Assembly: GCF_009914755.1 (NCBI RefSeq)
Contig: NC_060947.1
DNA: 64,000 nucleotides
From: the human T2T-CHM13v2.0 reference genome, Homo sapiens
Strand: one strand, 5' to 3'
Below, one piece after another: positions 14,776 to 28,849 of the stretch. The notes below the pieces were generated by a model. The model was not told the DNA's origin. It saw nothing but the letters and a program-made list of their open reading frames with translations, and ran no database searches. The number at the start of each line of letters is the position of its first letter. Positions within the stretch are counted from its first letter, which is position 1. Both the position numbers and the translations under genes were made by a program.

Positions 14776-16581
14776 GAGTAGAGTAAAATACACTTTACTT
14801 TGTTATTTATTATTTATCTTATGGTGTGGTAGGTTTAATCCACAAGGTTCAACAATTTGCTATTCTCCCTAAATCAGAGGCAAGGAATGGCTGTTTACGA
14901 GGATACAGAGAATGCAATTAAGATTTTATGATGGCTAAAGGGACTACCTGGTGCAAATGAATGACATGTATCCAACCTAAATGGGAATGATAGGCTCATT
15001 GCCCCTCCACACTATCTTCCATTGCAGAATAAACCAATCAACCTCCTTGTCACTACCACTGGTACTTGGCTAGGTGTGATTTCCTTGCCAGGCTTCTATC
15101 CACTGCCCAGGCACACAGCCTCTATTAAAGATAGTTAGCAAGGGGTGAATAAAAGATCACTTAGCCTAAAGAATTCTAGGTTTGGGGACACCAGCATTTC
15201 TACCTTCAGATATGAGACACTGTCCCATAGGTAGGTCTGTATTCTTCCATGAAAATGGTCAGGTCAAACTATTCCTCCATAGGAGGTAGTTTAGCAGATG
15301 TCTAAGTCTACTTTAGGTGAAATACTCTGGGGAGGTAAGATATCAAGGGTCATGGAGAAATGCTTCCCAGAGAGTCTCCAAGACACTTGTGCATGCCAAT
15401 AGCATTTATGTATGCAGATCATCATTCAACTAGACAAAGTCAAAGATGTCAAAAAAGCTAGGTTACCCTAGAATGCCTTACCCTGGAATGCCTGCCTGAA
15501 TCCTCAGAGGCCAGGAGAGGTCATACCTGAACAAGCTCTTGAAGCACTGTAATGTCACAGTGCAGAACCAGACTAACATTAATTCCTTTCATTAAGAATT
15601 CAGATACTAAAATAATAAATTCTGAGGAAGAATGTCATGAGGATCAAGTCACCCATACACTTTTAGTCACCATTTTGATTCTCAATTATGAGTCATAAAG
15701 TATCTAGAGGTCTCCACACCAAAGGTTGGATATCTTCATTAGGAAATAGATTTGAAGCTGCTACAGAAAATACTAGCTAGGATGCAGTAGATAATGATTT
15801 GCTCAGGCCTAAACAATGCCATACTTACCAAGGACATCGAACAGAAAAGAGCCACCTATCTGCCCTCCTTGAGAGAACTGAGATGACATCGGCGTCCTAT
15901 TATGACAAAAGACTTTCTCCTGAACCTATAACGTCACAGAAGCTGCTGGCTTGTGCGCTCAGATAATTGCTTAGGCCTTCCATTGCATTTTTGGCCTTCA
16001 TCCTCTTTAGCATATCAGCTCTCCTAAAAGATGATCTGGCCCACATAGGCATCTCAGTGTATCCTTACTGCTCTACAGAGGTCCTTCTAGCTATAGGCAA
16101 TGGTGGTTAGAATTTTAGTGTATTGAGGACCATGTGAGTGACGCTGACTTCAGATAGATGGTTCCTGGAATTGGCCTGTCATTGCCAGCCAACACTGCTG
16201 CTATAAATGTCACAGCCCCACAACACAAGGACAACCAGGTTGCCTAAAGCTCCCAAGGGCATATTCATAACATAAATGCCCCAAGGGTCTGTACTTGGCT
16301 GTATCATTTTCTAGCCTTGTCCCCACTATGAGAAAACAGGCCCTGTCCTCTACTTCCTGTGCCAAAACTTCCTGGAAGCAGCTGGCTCAGTCCTGCTCCC
16401 TCACTCAGCAGATACTTCACGGAGACTTTGCATTTGTTCATTGCTTCTGCCAGGCCTCAGAGAAAAGGATAGGAAGATCAACTTGTGTCTCGGGTCTGTT
16501 CAGCCTTCACTGGCTTTTCCTTCAATTGCTAGGGCTCACATGGAGGAAACGCTCACGGCTTTGGATGCTACGAAACTGTTT

Positions 16582-16595
16582 CCGCACGATGGCAG
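16582..16595 (+). promoter_or_regulatory. CTCF-like motif ~200 bp from an RRD donor
   Basis: ccgcacgatggcag. Confidence 0.65.
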
Positions 16596-16796
16596 TATTG
16601 TACGGGAGAAGCCAACTGACTTTGCTCTAGGCGCTATTCTCCCGCCCATCACATTTCAAAAAAAGGCCAAGAAGAGACAAAGACACCAGAAACTAGAACT
16701 ACTTAGCAGTTTGCTCAATTTGTGTAAACTTATTCCACTCTTAGCATTTTGCTTTTGTTTTCCATTGGATATTAAACCGAGGTGTGATCCACTCAC

Positions 16797-16944
16797 CCTC
16801 ATCAATCATCTCCTCTTTTCATGAACTCAGTATCTGCACAACCAATCTTCTCATTTATACTCTTCTTCACTCAGTATTATATCTGCTGTGTTTTCTTACA
16901 TCAAATTGTCTTATAGTACTGGGGCAGACCTCAGGGATCCATGC
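16797..16944 (-). ncRNA. FIRRE: RRD-type repeat exon, 148 nt
   Basis: Minus strand: tttccttAG|gcatgg ... gatgagg|GTGAGT. Confidence 0.8.
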
Positions 16945-17009
16945 CTAAGGAAACAACAAACAAACAAAGAAATGTTAACACCTAAGGTCTTGGAGAAGAG
17001 CAAATCTAG

Positions 17010-17337
<328 letters not shown>

Positions 17338-18487
17338 AGGCCATGTGGTTCTTGTCCTGACTCCCTACCCAGGTTCCCTAGGAGTTCCATTTCATGTTCT
17401 GATCCAGGCATTGGGCCTTATATGTTGAGTGGGAGGCTGCCATTTAGTGGAGCTCTAAGATAAGGGACCAGGTAGTTCTCAAGCTTGACAGAGACACAGA
17501 ACCCGATTCGAATGGACACAAACACAGGAATGACTATAAATTTTAATCAGATGGATCACAGGATTTTGTCTCATGGTTTCATTATTTAACGTTGGAACAC
17601 AAACATTTTCCTGTGTCATTAAATGGCCATGGCTTAAGACTGCCCTATAACTTTGCTGTGTATATGTGTTACTGTTTTCCAGTTAGGATTCAGTCCTATA
17701 TTTTCTCATTAGTAACAAAAAGGTGGAATTTGCAAAGAAGTAAAAAAAAAAAACCCATGTGCTGATCAAGAGAAAAGCAGTCTCATAAAACTGTATATTA
17801 AACACTGATACCCTTTTCCATATTTATTCCATTTTTCAATACATAGATAAAAAGTTCTATATATAGTCAACACAATGAATTTACATTTAAATTGGATTTA
17901 GCTATGCACTGCATTTTAGTATGAATATTCCATAGTATGAATGAAGATTTTCATTCTAAAATTTGATTTCTGACCAGTTTTTGACATTGTCATATAAAAT
18001 TTGCAATTTCTGAATTTTGGACAATAAAATATTTGCAAAGAACTATGTGATTGGACTAGTCATTAAGAATTAAGATCTCACCTTGCTTTTTTAATCTATA
18101 AAATCTATTTATACATACATAAACACATATATAAATATATATATTTTACATAGTTATGCCTCTGAAAATTAGGATTTTAAAATTATTCTTGAATTTTTAT
18201 CTCTAATTCTTACCTTCAAATTTTATCTTTAAAATCTCAAAAGAAAGAAAACAAAATTCAATAAATGATAATTGAAATAGGCACATCTCATATTCAGTCA
18301 CTTAGATGTGAACCCCAGTAAAACTTTAAGATGGATGTATTCACACCACTCACATGAAGCTATAATGTTTCATTAATGTCTCTGTTTATGTAACTATGAA
18401 TTAAAGATATGAATTTATTGGTCAAAAATATCATATTCAAATGCATGCTCAGTATAACACTGACCATGATATAAAATATATGGCATT

Positions 18488-18800
18488 GGCCAGGCGTGGT
18501 GGCTCACAACTCTAATCCTGGCACTCTTGGAGGCTGAGGCAGGAGGATCACTTGAGCCTGAGAGTTCAAGACCAATTTAGTAATTAGCAATTTTGGCAAT
18601 GTAGCGAGTCCCTGTCTCTAAAAAAAAAAAAAAAAAAAAAAAATAGCCAGGCATGGTGTCATGCACCTGTAGTCCCAGCTACTCAGGAAGTGGAGGTGAA
18701 AGGATCACCTGAGTCCAGGGAGGTTGAGGCTGCACTGAGCCATGATCCTGCCACTGCACTCCAGTCTGGGCAACAGAGTCTGATCCTGTGTAAAAAAAAC
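18488..18800 (+). mobile_element. AluJ
   Basis: Diverged dimer, same site as 5710 and 34106. Confidence 0.85.
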
Positions 18801-21787
18801 ATATATATGGTATTTAAACATTTGTATATGCATATGAACAGATATGAATACACACAGAGTACCGCACACATTTTACTTTCAATATAACTGGATTCATACT
18901 ATTTGAAATTTGGTCCAAAATCCTCAGCATCACCTTATAATCTTTGAATATATCCATATCAATATATACTTCTGAGTGCTTGAGTTTTTTTATATTTTAC
19001 TCTAGAAGAATTTTAAGAATTATAAGCAGAAAACATATGGTAGGTCAAACACAGTGAGAAGAAATAATCACTTTTAAAATGTTTGGGCTACGTATTATGA
19101 TTTGTTCCTTTGCACATATAATATGTACATTTATAAACTAATGTTCAAATTCCCCTGTAGTATAATTGTTAAAACAAGTTGTTAAAACCCTGGACCCATG
19201 AAGCAGTCATTCCCCATGCCACTCTATGCCGAGCCCCTGGCAAACACTCATCTGCTTTCCCTCACTACTGATCATGACAATAAGGGGCCTTTTTCATTTT
19301 GCTTTTTTCACTTAGCATGTTTTCAGATTTCATCCATGTTGTAACTGATAACTTGAGTACTTTTCAAATATAATTAGTTATTCCTGGAAATAATGATAGG
19401 TTTAAAAATATTGGCACTTTTTAAAACTGTGTTGGTATAATTCATGTAACATATAATTAACCATTAAAATGTGTGAAATTCAGCGGCATTTAGTACATTC
19501 ACAATGCAGTGCAAGCACTAACTCTGTGTAGTGGCAAATAATTTTCATTACCACAAAAGAAAACCCTGGACCCATGAAGCAGTCATTCCCCATGCCACTC
19601 TATGCCGAGCCCCTGGCAAACACTCATCTGCTTTCCCTCACTACTGATCATCACAATAAGGGGCCTTTTTCATTTTGCTTTTTTCACTTAGCATGTTTTC
19701 AGATTTCATCCATGTTGTAATATATGTCAGTACTTCATTTCTTTTTGTAGCTGAATAATATCCATATGTATATATCACATTTTGTTTATCCATTCATCAA
19801 GTGATTGATGTTTGCTTGTGTTCACCTTTTGGGTATTGTTAATAAATATATACAGTGAGTATATACATGTACTTTTTTGAGTATTTGTTTTCAATTGTTT
19901 GCGGAGTATACTTAGGAGTAGAGCTGCTAGGTCATACGGTTATTTCTATGTTTAAATTTTTGAAGGACTGATAAACTTTTCCATAGCAGATGCGCAATTT
20001 AGCATACCCACCTTCACTGCAGAAGGGTTCCAATTTCTCCGCCTCCCCACCCATATTTGTTCTTTTTAAGTAATATCCATTCTAGTGGGTGTTAAGTGGT
20101 ATCATGAAGTGGTTCTGATTTACATTTCTGAAAACACTAATAATGGAAGTATGTTTTCATGTAATTGTTGGTCATTTGTGTATCTTCTTTGGAGAATTGT
20201 CTATTTAAGACCTTTGCCTATTCTTAAAATTGATGCATTATAGTTGTACATATTTATGGGGTACACATGGTATTTTGATGTATGCATAAAATGTGTGATA
20301 ACCAAAAAAGGAAAACTGGGATACTCATTCCCTACTGCATTTATTATTTGTGTTCGGGAACATTTCAAATGTGTTTTATCTATTTGGAAATAACCATTAA
20401 ATTATTGTCAACTATAGATGTCCTAACTGTGCTGTTGAACACTAGAACTTACTCCTTCTGTCTAACTGTATTTTTGTAGCCATTAACAAACCTGTCTTCA
20501 TTCCCCTCTCTTCCTAACTTCTGGTACCCACCATTCTACTCTATACATACCATGAGATGGATTCCTTTAGCTCCTACATATGAGTGAGGACATGTGATAA
20601 TTTGTCTTTCTGTATCTGGCTTATTTCACTTAACATAGTGTCCTAAAGTTCCATTCATGTTGCTGCAGATGACAGAATTCCATTCTTTTTTCTGGCTAAA
20701 TAATCTTCCATTTTATATGTATGCCACAGTTTCTTAATCCATTCATCCATTAATGAACAGTTAGGTTGATTCCATATCTTGACTACTGTGAATAATGCTG
20801 CAATAAACATGAGAATGCATATATATATATATATATAGTACTGATTTCCCAGCAGTGGGATTGCTACATCATATGGTAATTCTATTTTTAGTATTTTTGG
20901 GAAACTCCATCCTGTGTCTCATAGAGGCTGTATTAATGTACATTGCAGGCAACATTATACAAGCATTCCTCTTTCTCTGCTTACTAGCCAACACCTGTTA
21001 CTCTCTGTCTTTTTTGTAAGAGTCATTTGAGCTGGGGAAATACGGTACCCCACTGTAGTTTTGATTTACATTTCCCTGATGATTAGTGATGTTGAGCATT
21101 TTTTCATGTATCCGTTAGCCATTTGTGTGCCTTTCTTTCAGAAATGTCTATTCAGATCATTTGCCCATTTGTAAATCAGATATATTTGTTTTTTTTCTAT
21201 TGAGCTGAGCTTTTTTAAGTTTGCAAATATATTCTCTCTTACTGTAGGTTGTCTCCTCACTTTATTGTTTTCTTTGCTGGGCAGAAGCGTTCTAGCTTGA
21301 TTTACTCTCATTTGTCCATTTTTGCTTTGATTGCCAGTGCTTTTTGAGGTCTCCCACAAAAAAATCATTGCCCAAAATGATGTCTTAAAGCATTTCCGCA
21401 GTCTCTTCTTCTGGTACTTTCATATTTTCGGGTCTTTTCTTATATTTGTTGAGCCTTGTTCTGTGGCCTAACACATGCTCTATACTGGAGCGTGTTCCAT
21501 GTGCTGACTGATGACAAGAATGTATATTCTACAGCAATTGGATGAAACATTTTGTAAATGTCAGTTAAGTTCATTTGGTCTAGAGTACAGTTTAATTCCA
21601 ATGTTTCTTTGTCTGGATAAGCTGTCCATTACTGAAAGTGGGGTACTGAAGTCTCCCACTATTGTTGTACACCTGTCTATCTCTCCGTTTAGATCTCCAA
21701 ATGTTTGCCTTATCTATTTGTGTGTTCCAGTGTTGGGTACGTACATATTTTAAATTGTTATATCCTCTTACTGAATTGGCATCTTCA

Positions 21788-22100
21788 TTTTTTGTTTTGT
21801 TTTGTTTTTTTTGTTTGTTTGTTTTTTGAGTCTGGCTCTGTCGCCCAGGCTGGAGTGCAGTGGCGCGATCTCCGCTCACTGCAAGCTCCCCCTCCCAGGT
21901 TATGCCATTCTCCTGCCTCAGCCTCTGGAGCAGCTGGGACTACGGGCGCCTGCCACCACGCCCGGCTAATTTTTGTATTTTTAGTAGAGACGGGATTTCA
22001 CCGTGTTGGCCAGGAAGGTCTCGATCTGCTAGCCTCATGATCCGTCCGCCTCGGCCTCCCAAAGTGTTGGGATTACAGGCGTGAGCCACCGCGCCCGGCC
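21788..22100 (-). mobile_element. Alu (Sc/Y-like)
   Basis: Reverse dimer; TSD ggcatctt. Confidence 0.9.
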
Positions 22101-22385
22101 GGCATCTTTATTGTTATACAGTGACCTTCTTTGTCTCTCTCTACAGTTTTTGACTTTAATCTAATTTATATAAGTCTAGCCTTTCCTGTTCTTTTTCCAT
22201 TCCTGTTCATTTTCATGTTGTTGCTGATGTCCCGCTCTGGTTTGAGATCTTCTTTGCCTGAGTAAAAGAGAAGTCCCCAGATTTAATGCACTGGGGTTGC
22301 TAGCTTCAACTCCACTTTCAGTCTCAGACTACCCCCTCAGGGATTTTTCCTCCTACAGGCAGTCAGGATGCCTCCTAGGGATTGA

Positions 22386-22841
<456 letters not shown>

Positions 22842-24147
22842 TAGCAGCCTTGGGTTGGGGAGTCATGGAGAGAGAAGTCCATTAGTCTTTCTAGCTGCTC
22901 ATACTTTTTCACTTCCTTATAGCCCCATGGATAGTCACAGTCTCAATGTTCAGTTCTGGAATATTGCTTCTAGTAATCTTGTCTCTACACAGCTGTTTTT
23001 ACTTTTCTTTGAGGTAAAGTCAGATCACTTCTGCTATACCATGTTGGTGATATCACTCTCCCTTTGCCTATTTTTTAAAAATTGGGTTATTTGTCTGTTT
23101 ATTGTTGAGTTTTAAGAGTTATTTGTTTTTATTGGATATTAGAAGTTTTTAGATAATTGATTTGGAAATATTTCCTCCCATTCTGTAAGTTGGCTTTTCA
23201 AGTTCTGAATTGTGTACTTTGATGCAAAAAGTTTTTAATTTCAGGGAAGTCCAATTTATTTTTTCTTTTGTCATTGCTGCTTTTGGTGGTATAGCTAATA
23301 AATCATTGCCAAATCTAAAGTTGTGAAGATGTATCCCTATAGTTTCCCTGAAGGTTTTATAGCTTTAGCTCTTATATTTAGAAATTTGATATATTTTGAG
23401 TTAATTTTTGCATATAATGTGAGGTAGAGGTCTAAATTCATCCTTTTGCATGTAGATAACCAGTTGTCTAAGTACTATTTGTTAAAGACTCTATTAACTA
23501 CTCATAAAATGACCTTAATAACTTTGTCACAAATGAATTGACCACAGTGTCTGAGTTTATTTCCAGGCTCTCCATCTTTTCCATTAATCACTGTGTGTAT
23601 TCTTATTTGATTATCACACTGCTTTGATTACTCCAGCTTTCCTAATAAGTTTTGAAATCCAGAAGTGTGAGTCTTCCACCTTGGTTTTTCTTATTCAGAG
23701 TTTACATTGGTTATTCAGATCTCTTGCAATTCAATAGGATCTTTAGGATTTGTGTTCCTTTTTTACAAAAAAAATGCTCATTGGATAACAATAAGGATTA
23801 CATTAAATCTATAGATCTCTATGGGTAGTATTGCCACGTTAAAAATATTTAGTCTTCAGACCCATTACCACAGGATGTTCTTTATTAAAATTTAGGTTAT
23901 CTTTAACTTCTCCATTATTTTGTGATTTTCAGTGTACAAGACTTTCATCTATTTAGTTAATTATTGTCCTGAAATTATGATTCATTTTGATGCTATTGTA
24001 AATGGAATTGCTTTCTTAATTGAATTTTCAGATTATTCATTGCTAGTGTACACAACTACTACTGATTTTTCCAAGTTAATGTTCTGTCCTGCAGTTGCTT
24101 GCTGGATCTTGTTCACTACCTCTAATACTGTTTTTCTGGGTTTTTGA

Positions 24148-24455
<308 letters not shown>

Positions 24456-24876
24456 TAAGATCACTGTATTTGTGAAGAGAAATAATTTCCATTTTTTCTT
24501 TTCAACTGGGATATTTTTTATATATCTTCATTGCCTGATGACCCCAGCTAGATTTTAAGTATAATGTTTAAGAGAAGCGGCAAAAGTGGGCATTTTTCTC
24601 CTGTTCATGATTTTAGGAGCAAAGTTTTCAGTCTACCTCTTGACTATATTATTAGCTGTAGGTTTTAATAAATGCCCCATATATCGTGCTGAGAAAATGA
24701 TCTTCTAATTACATATTATAGATTGTTTTGAGTTGCTTTTCTGGAGAGATGGACTACAGAAAGTGTCTACTGCACCATTGTCATTGATGTCACTTTTGCT
24801 ACCTGTTTTTGAATTTGTAGGAACACTCATCCTTCTTCAAAATGTGCCTGACAAAATAGTCACATATGAAAAAGTA

Positions 24877-25561
24877 GTTACAGATAGATAGGCAATGAGC
24901 ACGGCAGGAAAGGGCTCTCCCTGACCCAGTAGGAATGTCACATGATGGTTCGGCAATGATCACATTGCCCCTCTAAAAATGATAATTTGGTAGCCTGGGA
25001 GAGACAATCTCCTGATGATCCACATCTGTTAATATTAAAAGTACGAATTGAATGCAGGCCACAGGGAGAAGCAGCTTCTTGGGCATGCGTATTAAGACAC
25101 AAAATGGCGAAATATGATGTTCCGGGTACATGCCACCAGAAAAAAGAAAAAAGCCTCAGATGGGCATGTGTATAACTCCCTAAACACACTGCACAGTGCT
25201 CAATTCCAAAGGGTAAGGAGGGCACTGCGCATGCGGAAAGCTCACCCTAAAGGAAGAATCATGAGCAAGAGGTAAGCCTATAAGGTCCCATGATCAAGGT
25301 TAAAAGGTCTTTTTGTTCTCTTGGCCATTCAGGCACCCACTTGGATCTCTTCCAAGGGTTCTTTCTTTCCTTTCTTTCCTGTTCTAAAGCCTGTTAAATA
25401 AACTTCCACTCCTGCTCTGAATCTTGCCTCAGTCTCTTTTCCTGCTTTATGCTCCTCAGTGAAGTTCTTTCTTCTGAGGCGCCAGGACTGAAGTTCCTCT
25501 GGACCTATATGGATATGCCGCCTGTTACTCGGGGTAACTCGGTTCACTGCCACCGCTAACA
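24877..25561 (+). mobile_element. Solo ERV1-class LTR (MER50-like), duplicate of 9108-9798
   Basis: Same sequence and same flanks. Confidence 0.8.
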
Positions 25562-25701
25562 AAGTGAGATCATGGGTAATGCTACCTCCCACAGACAAGC
25601 ACTTTTAAAATGTGGATTAATTTTCAATCCTTTTCACTCCTTTTGTTTCCCATCCCTTTATGTGTAACAACTCCACTAAATAAATAAATAAATAAATAGA
25701 A

Positions 25702-26003
25702 TGGCCGGGCACAGTGGCTTACGCCTGTAATCCAGCACATTGGGAGGCCAAAACGGGATGATCACCTGAGGTCAGGAGTTCAAGACCAGCTTGGCCCACA
25801 TGGTGAAACCCCGTCTCTACTAAAAATACAAAAATTAGCCGAACTTGGTGGAACCCACCTTTAGTCCCAGTTGTTCGGGAGGCTGAGACAAGAGAATCCC
25901 TTCAACCTGGGAGACGGAGGATGCAGTGAGCTGAGATCGTGCTGCTGCACTCCAGGCTGGGCGACAGAGCAAGACTCCATCTAAAAAAACAAAACCAAAA
26001 AAC
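25702..26003 (+). mobile_element. AluS
   Basis: Dimer. Confidence 0.88.
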
Positions 26004-26985
26004 AACTCTACTAGAAGATGTAAAACTTTAGGTCCTTTCAGTCTTTAGACAACTAGATGCCCTTGAGACTATCAGCAAACATACTGGCTCCTGCTTTATC
26101 ACACCTGGAACAGGCCTGTCTTTGGTGTTCTCATACTGCTGCAACAAAGGACTGTGATACAGTAACACTGCCTGAAAGCCTGCTAACTCTTGCTCCAAGG
26201 GACAGGACAGAACACACACACCCATCCCCCCCACACACAGCATCTAATGTCTCAGGAAATCCCTGAAGAGTATGTAATGCATGGGAACATGCTGTGTTCT
26301 GGTGTTAAATGTTGAGACCATGAGATGAAACTGAGTGATCTCGATAGGAACTGAACATAGGGACTATGAGGATCACGCCATGTGGAGCATATAGGCCAGG
26401 GAGTTATGACTGCTATCTGGTCCTTACTCTGTGGCTCATGCCAAATTGTTGACTACAAACAACACTTGAGGCTAGAACATGAAGAACTCCTAGTTTTCTG
26501 GGAGGGAAACCAGGTCAAAGACCATCAGGATTTGTAAATTGTTTGCCAAAGATCTCTTCCTAGTTTCAAATAATTTTTTCCTTATTGCACTTTTATCCAC
26601 CAAGTTTATCACCTGAAGGAGACAATTTGATGCCATGGAACTTGCTGGACTGTAACTGTGTGAAGTAAATCCTATCCAGATGGAACTTGCTGGACTGTAA
26701 CTGTGTGAAGTAAATCCTATCCAGATAGACACAGTGAGGAGTATATTTAATTTCTGAAAGAACAAGATTCCTGAGGAGCATGGGTAGTTCAGGCCTCATT
26801 TTGTTTTCAGATGGACAGAAAAATAGCAAAAATTCAACAGTAAGACAAGGTTGCACCAAACAGGACAAATCTCCATGCAGCCAGATTTGGTGGCGCCTTT
26901 TTCCTCTGAGTGGCGTTTTTTCAGACATAAAAGGCGGGGGAAGAGTGCGCCAAGATAGGGCTTCCATGAAAAATGTGAATCACTA

Positions 26986-26999
26986 CTGCCACCGTGAGG
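26986..26999 (-). promoter_or_regulatory. CTCF-like motif
   Basis: cctcacggtggcag on minus. Confidence 0.65.
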
Positions 27000-27648
27000 A
27001 AATTGTTTAAAGACAGAATCCGCCATCACACACTCCTTCCCAGGAAGCTATGGGGGAAGGTCTCAATTGGGCCGAGGTGGAAGAGGATTGGGCTCCAGAC
27101 TAGGTCTTGTTGCCTTCTCCTCTCAGGTCTTAAGAGAGCTCTGGACATTGACGGTATCTTGGTGTAGAAACTGGACAGTAAGGGGCTTGGAGTGAGGCAG
27201 CGGCTGCCAGGCGGCCCCGGCACAGGAAGTCGGGAGCGGGGCCTCGGTTCCTCCTGGTTTGGGCAGGACAGCAGGAACCCACTCAAAGTCGAATTCTTGC
27301 TCTTGTGGGAATCTGTCTCCTGTTCCTGCCCCTTAGAGCAAGAGCTGGCGGGCTTTCCCATGGTGTCATCTTGCTACAGGTCTTTGGGTCTCTTGCGGCA
27401 TCAGTATCCGCCCACAATTGACAGGGTTCCTCCAAGGGAAATTTACAGGATTTGCTTTCCTTCACTATCCAGGTTCTATACCAAGACACCGCCAAAGTCC
27501 AAATCTCTTTTAAGGCGTTAGACGAGAAGGCAAGGAGGATCAGCATGGATCCCAGGCCTTTTCTACCTCCCCACAGACCAGACCTTCTCCAACAGGTAGC
27601 CCTCAGGGGAAGGACGTTGACGTGGCGTAGGGTGTCTTTAAACTATCA

Positions 27649-27662
27649 CCTTACGATGGGAC
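27649..27662 (+). promoter_or_regulatory. Degenerate CTCF-like motif
   Basis: ccttacgatgggac; GGCAG core changed. Confidence 0.3.
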
Positions 27663-28357
27663 TAGTGCTCTAGATGTGCCAAGATGTGTCTTGGATTCCC
27701 TCTTCTCCCGCCCTCCCTGTCTGAAAAAACGCCACCCAGACACAAAGGCACAAGAAAATATGGCTGCCTTGTTTTTTGCCCAGTTTGGAGTCATCTGGTC
27801 TTACTGTGTCACTTTTGTTTCCCATCTGAAATCAAACCAAGGCCTAAACCACCCACCCTCATCGGGAATCTTACTCCTTCAGAAACTTAAAATCTTCCTA
27901 ACCTAGTCTATATGATTATGAATTACCTCAGACTTACAGGTCCAGTAGTCTCCATGGCATCAAACTGCCTCCTCAGGGGATAAATTTGGGGATGAGGGCA
28001 CAAGGATAAAACTGCTTGAACCTCAGAGGAGATCTTTTCCAGCAAACAAGTTACAGACCTTGGTGGTCTCTGACCTGGCTCCCCTTCCCGACAACCAGGA
28101 AGTTCTTCATGTTCTACCGCATGTGTTGCATTGTAGGCAACAATTTGGCAAGAACCATAGAGGAGGAACCAGAAAGCTGTCATTGCTACATGCCATATGT
28201 GCTCCACATGGCATGATACTCATACTACATATGTTCAGTTCCTGTCGAGGTTACTCAGAGTTTCATCTCATGGTCTCATCATTTAACATCAAAACACGGC
28301 ATGATCCCATGACACTACATATTCTTCAGGTATTTCCTGAGACTTTAAGTGGTGTGT

Positions 28358-28363
<6 letters not shown>

Positions 28364-28395
<32 letters not shown>
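28364..28395. repeat. (TG)n microsatellite (paralogues ~12823 and ~42490)
   Basis: Direct reading. Confidence 0.9.
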
Positions 28396-28396
<1 letters not shown>

Positions 28397-28555
28397 TATT
28401 TTTAAATAATTTGTATTTTAGATATAAGTCTTACAGTATTCTCCTACTGGTTAATTAAAGAATAATGCTTGACAAAGATTGAGAAAAATCAATGTACTAA
28501 TAAAGATGAAAAGCACTACGATACAATTTGTCAAGGCAAAAAATAACCATTTGGA

Positions 28556-28799
28556 TTATTTCCATATATATAATATATATATGGAGTATTTCCATATATA
28601 TAAAATATATATATGGAGTATTTCCATATATATAAAATATATATATGGAGTATTTCCATATATATAAAATATATATATGGAGTATTTCCATATATATAAA
28701 ATATATATGGAGTATTTCCATATATATATAATATATATATGGAGTATTTCCATATATATATATATAGAAATATATACATATATATATACACATAGAGAA

Positions 28800-28840
<41 letters not shown>
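28556..28840. repeat. AT-rich minisatellite (~30-32 bp unit x6 plus a partial) grading into (TA)n
   Basis: Unit tatttccatatatataaaatatatatatggag. Confidence 0.9.
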
Positions 28841-28843
<3 letters not shown>

Positions 28844-28849
28844 ACTTTT

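Larger units (their letters stand above)
26235..28350. repeat. Palindromic cassette C (arms ~26235-27180 and ~27461-28350)
   Basis: Inverted arms, no Alu interruption. Confidence 0.85.

Noticed and set aside
28556-28760. CRISPR-like regular ~31-bp repeats
   Set aside because: No unique spacers, eukaryotic context; a minisatellite
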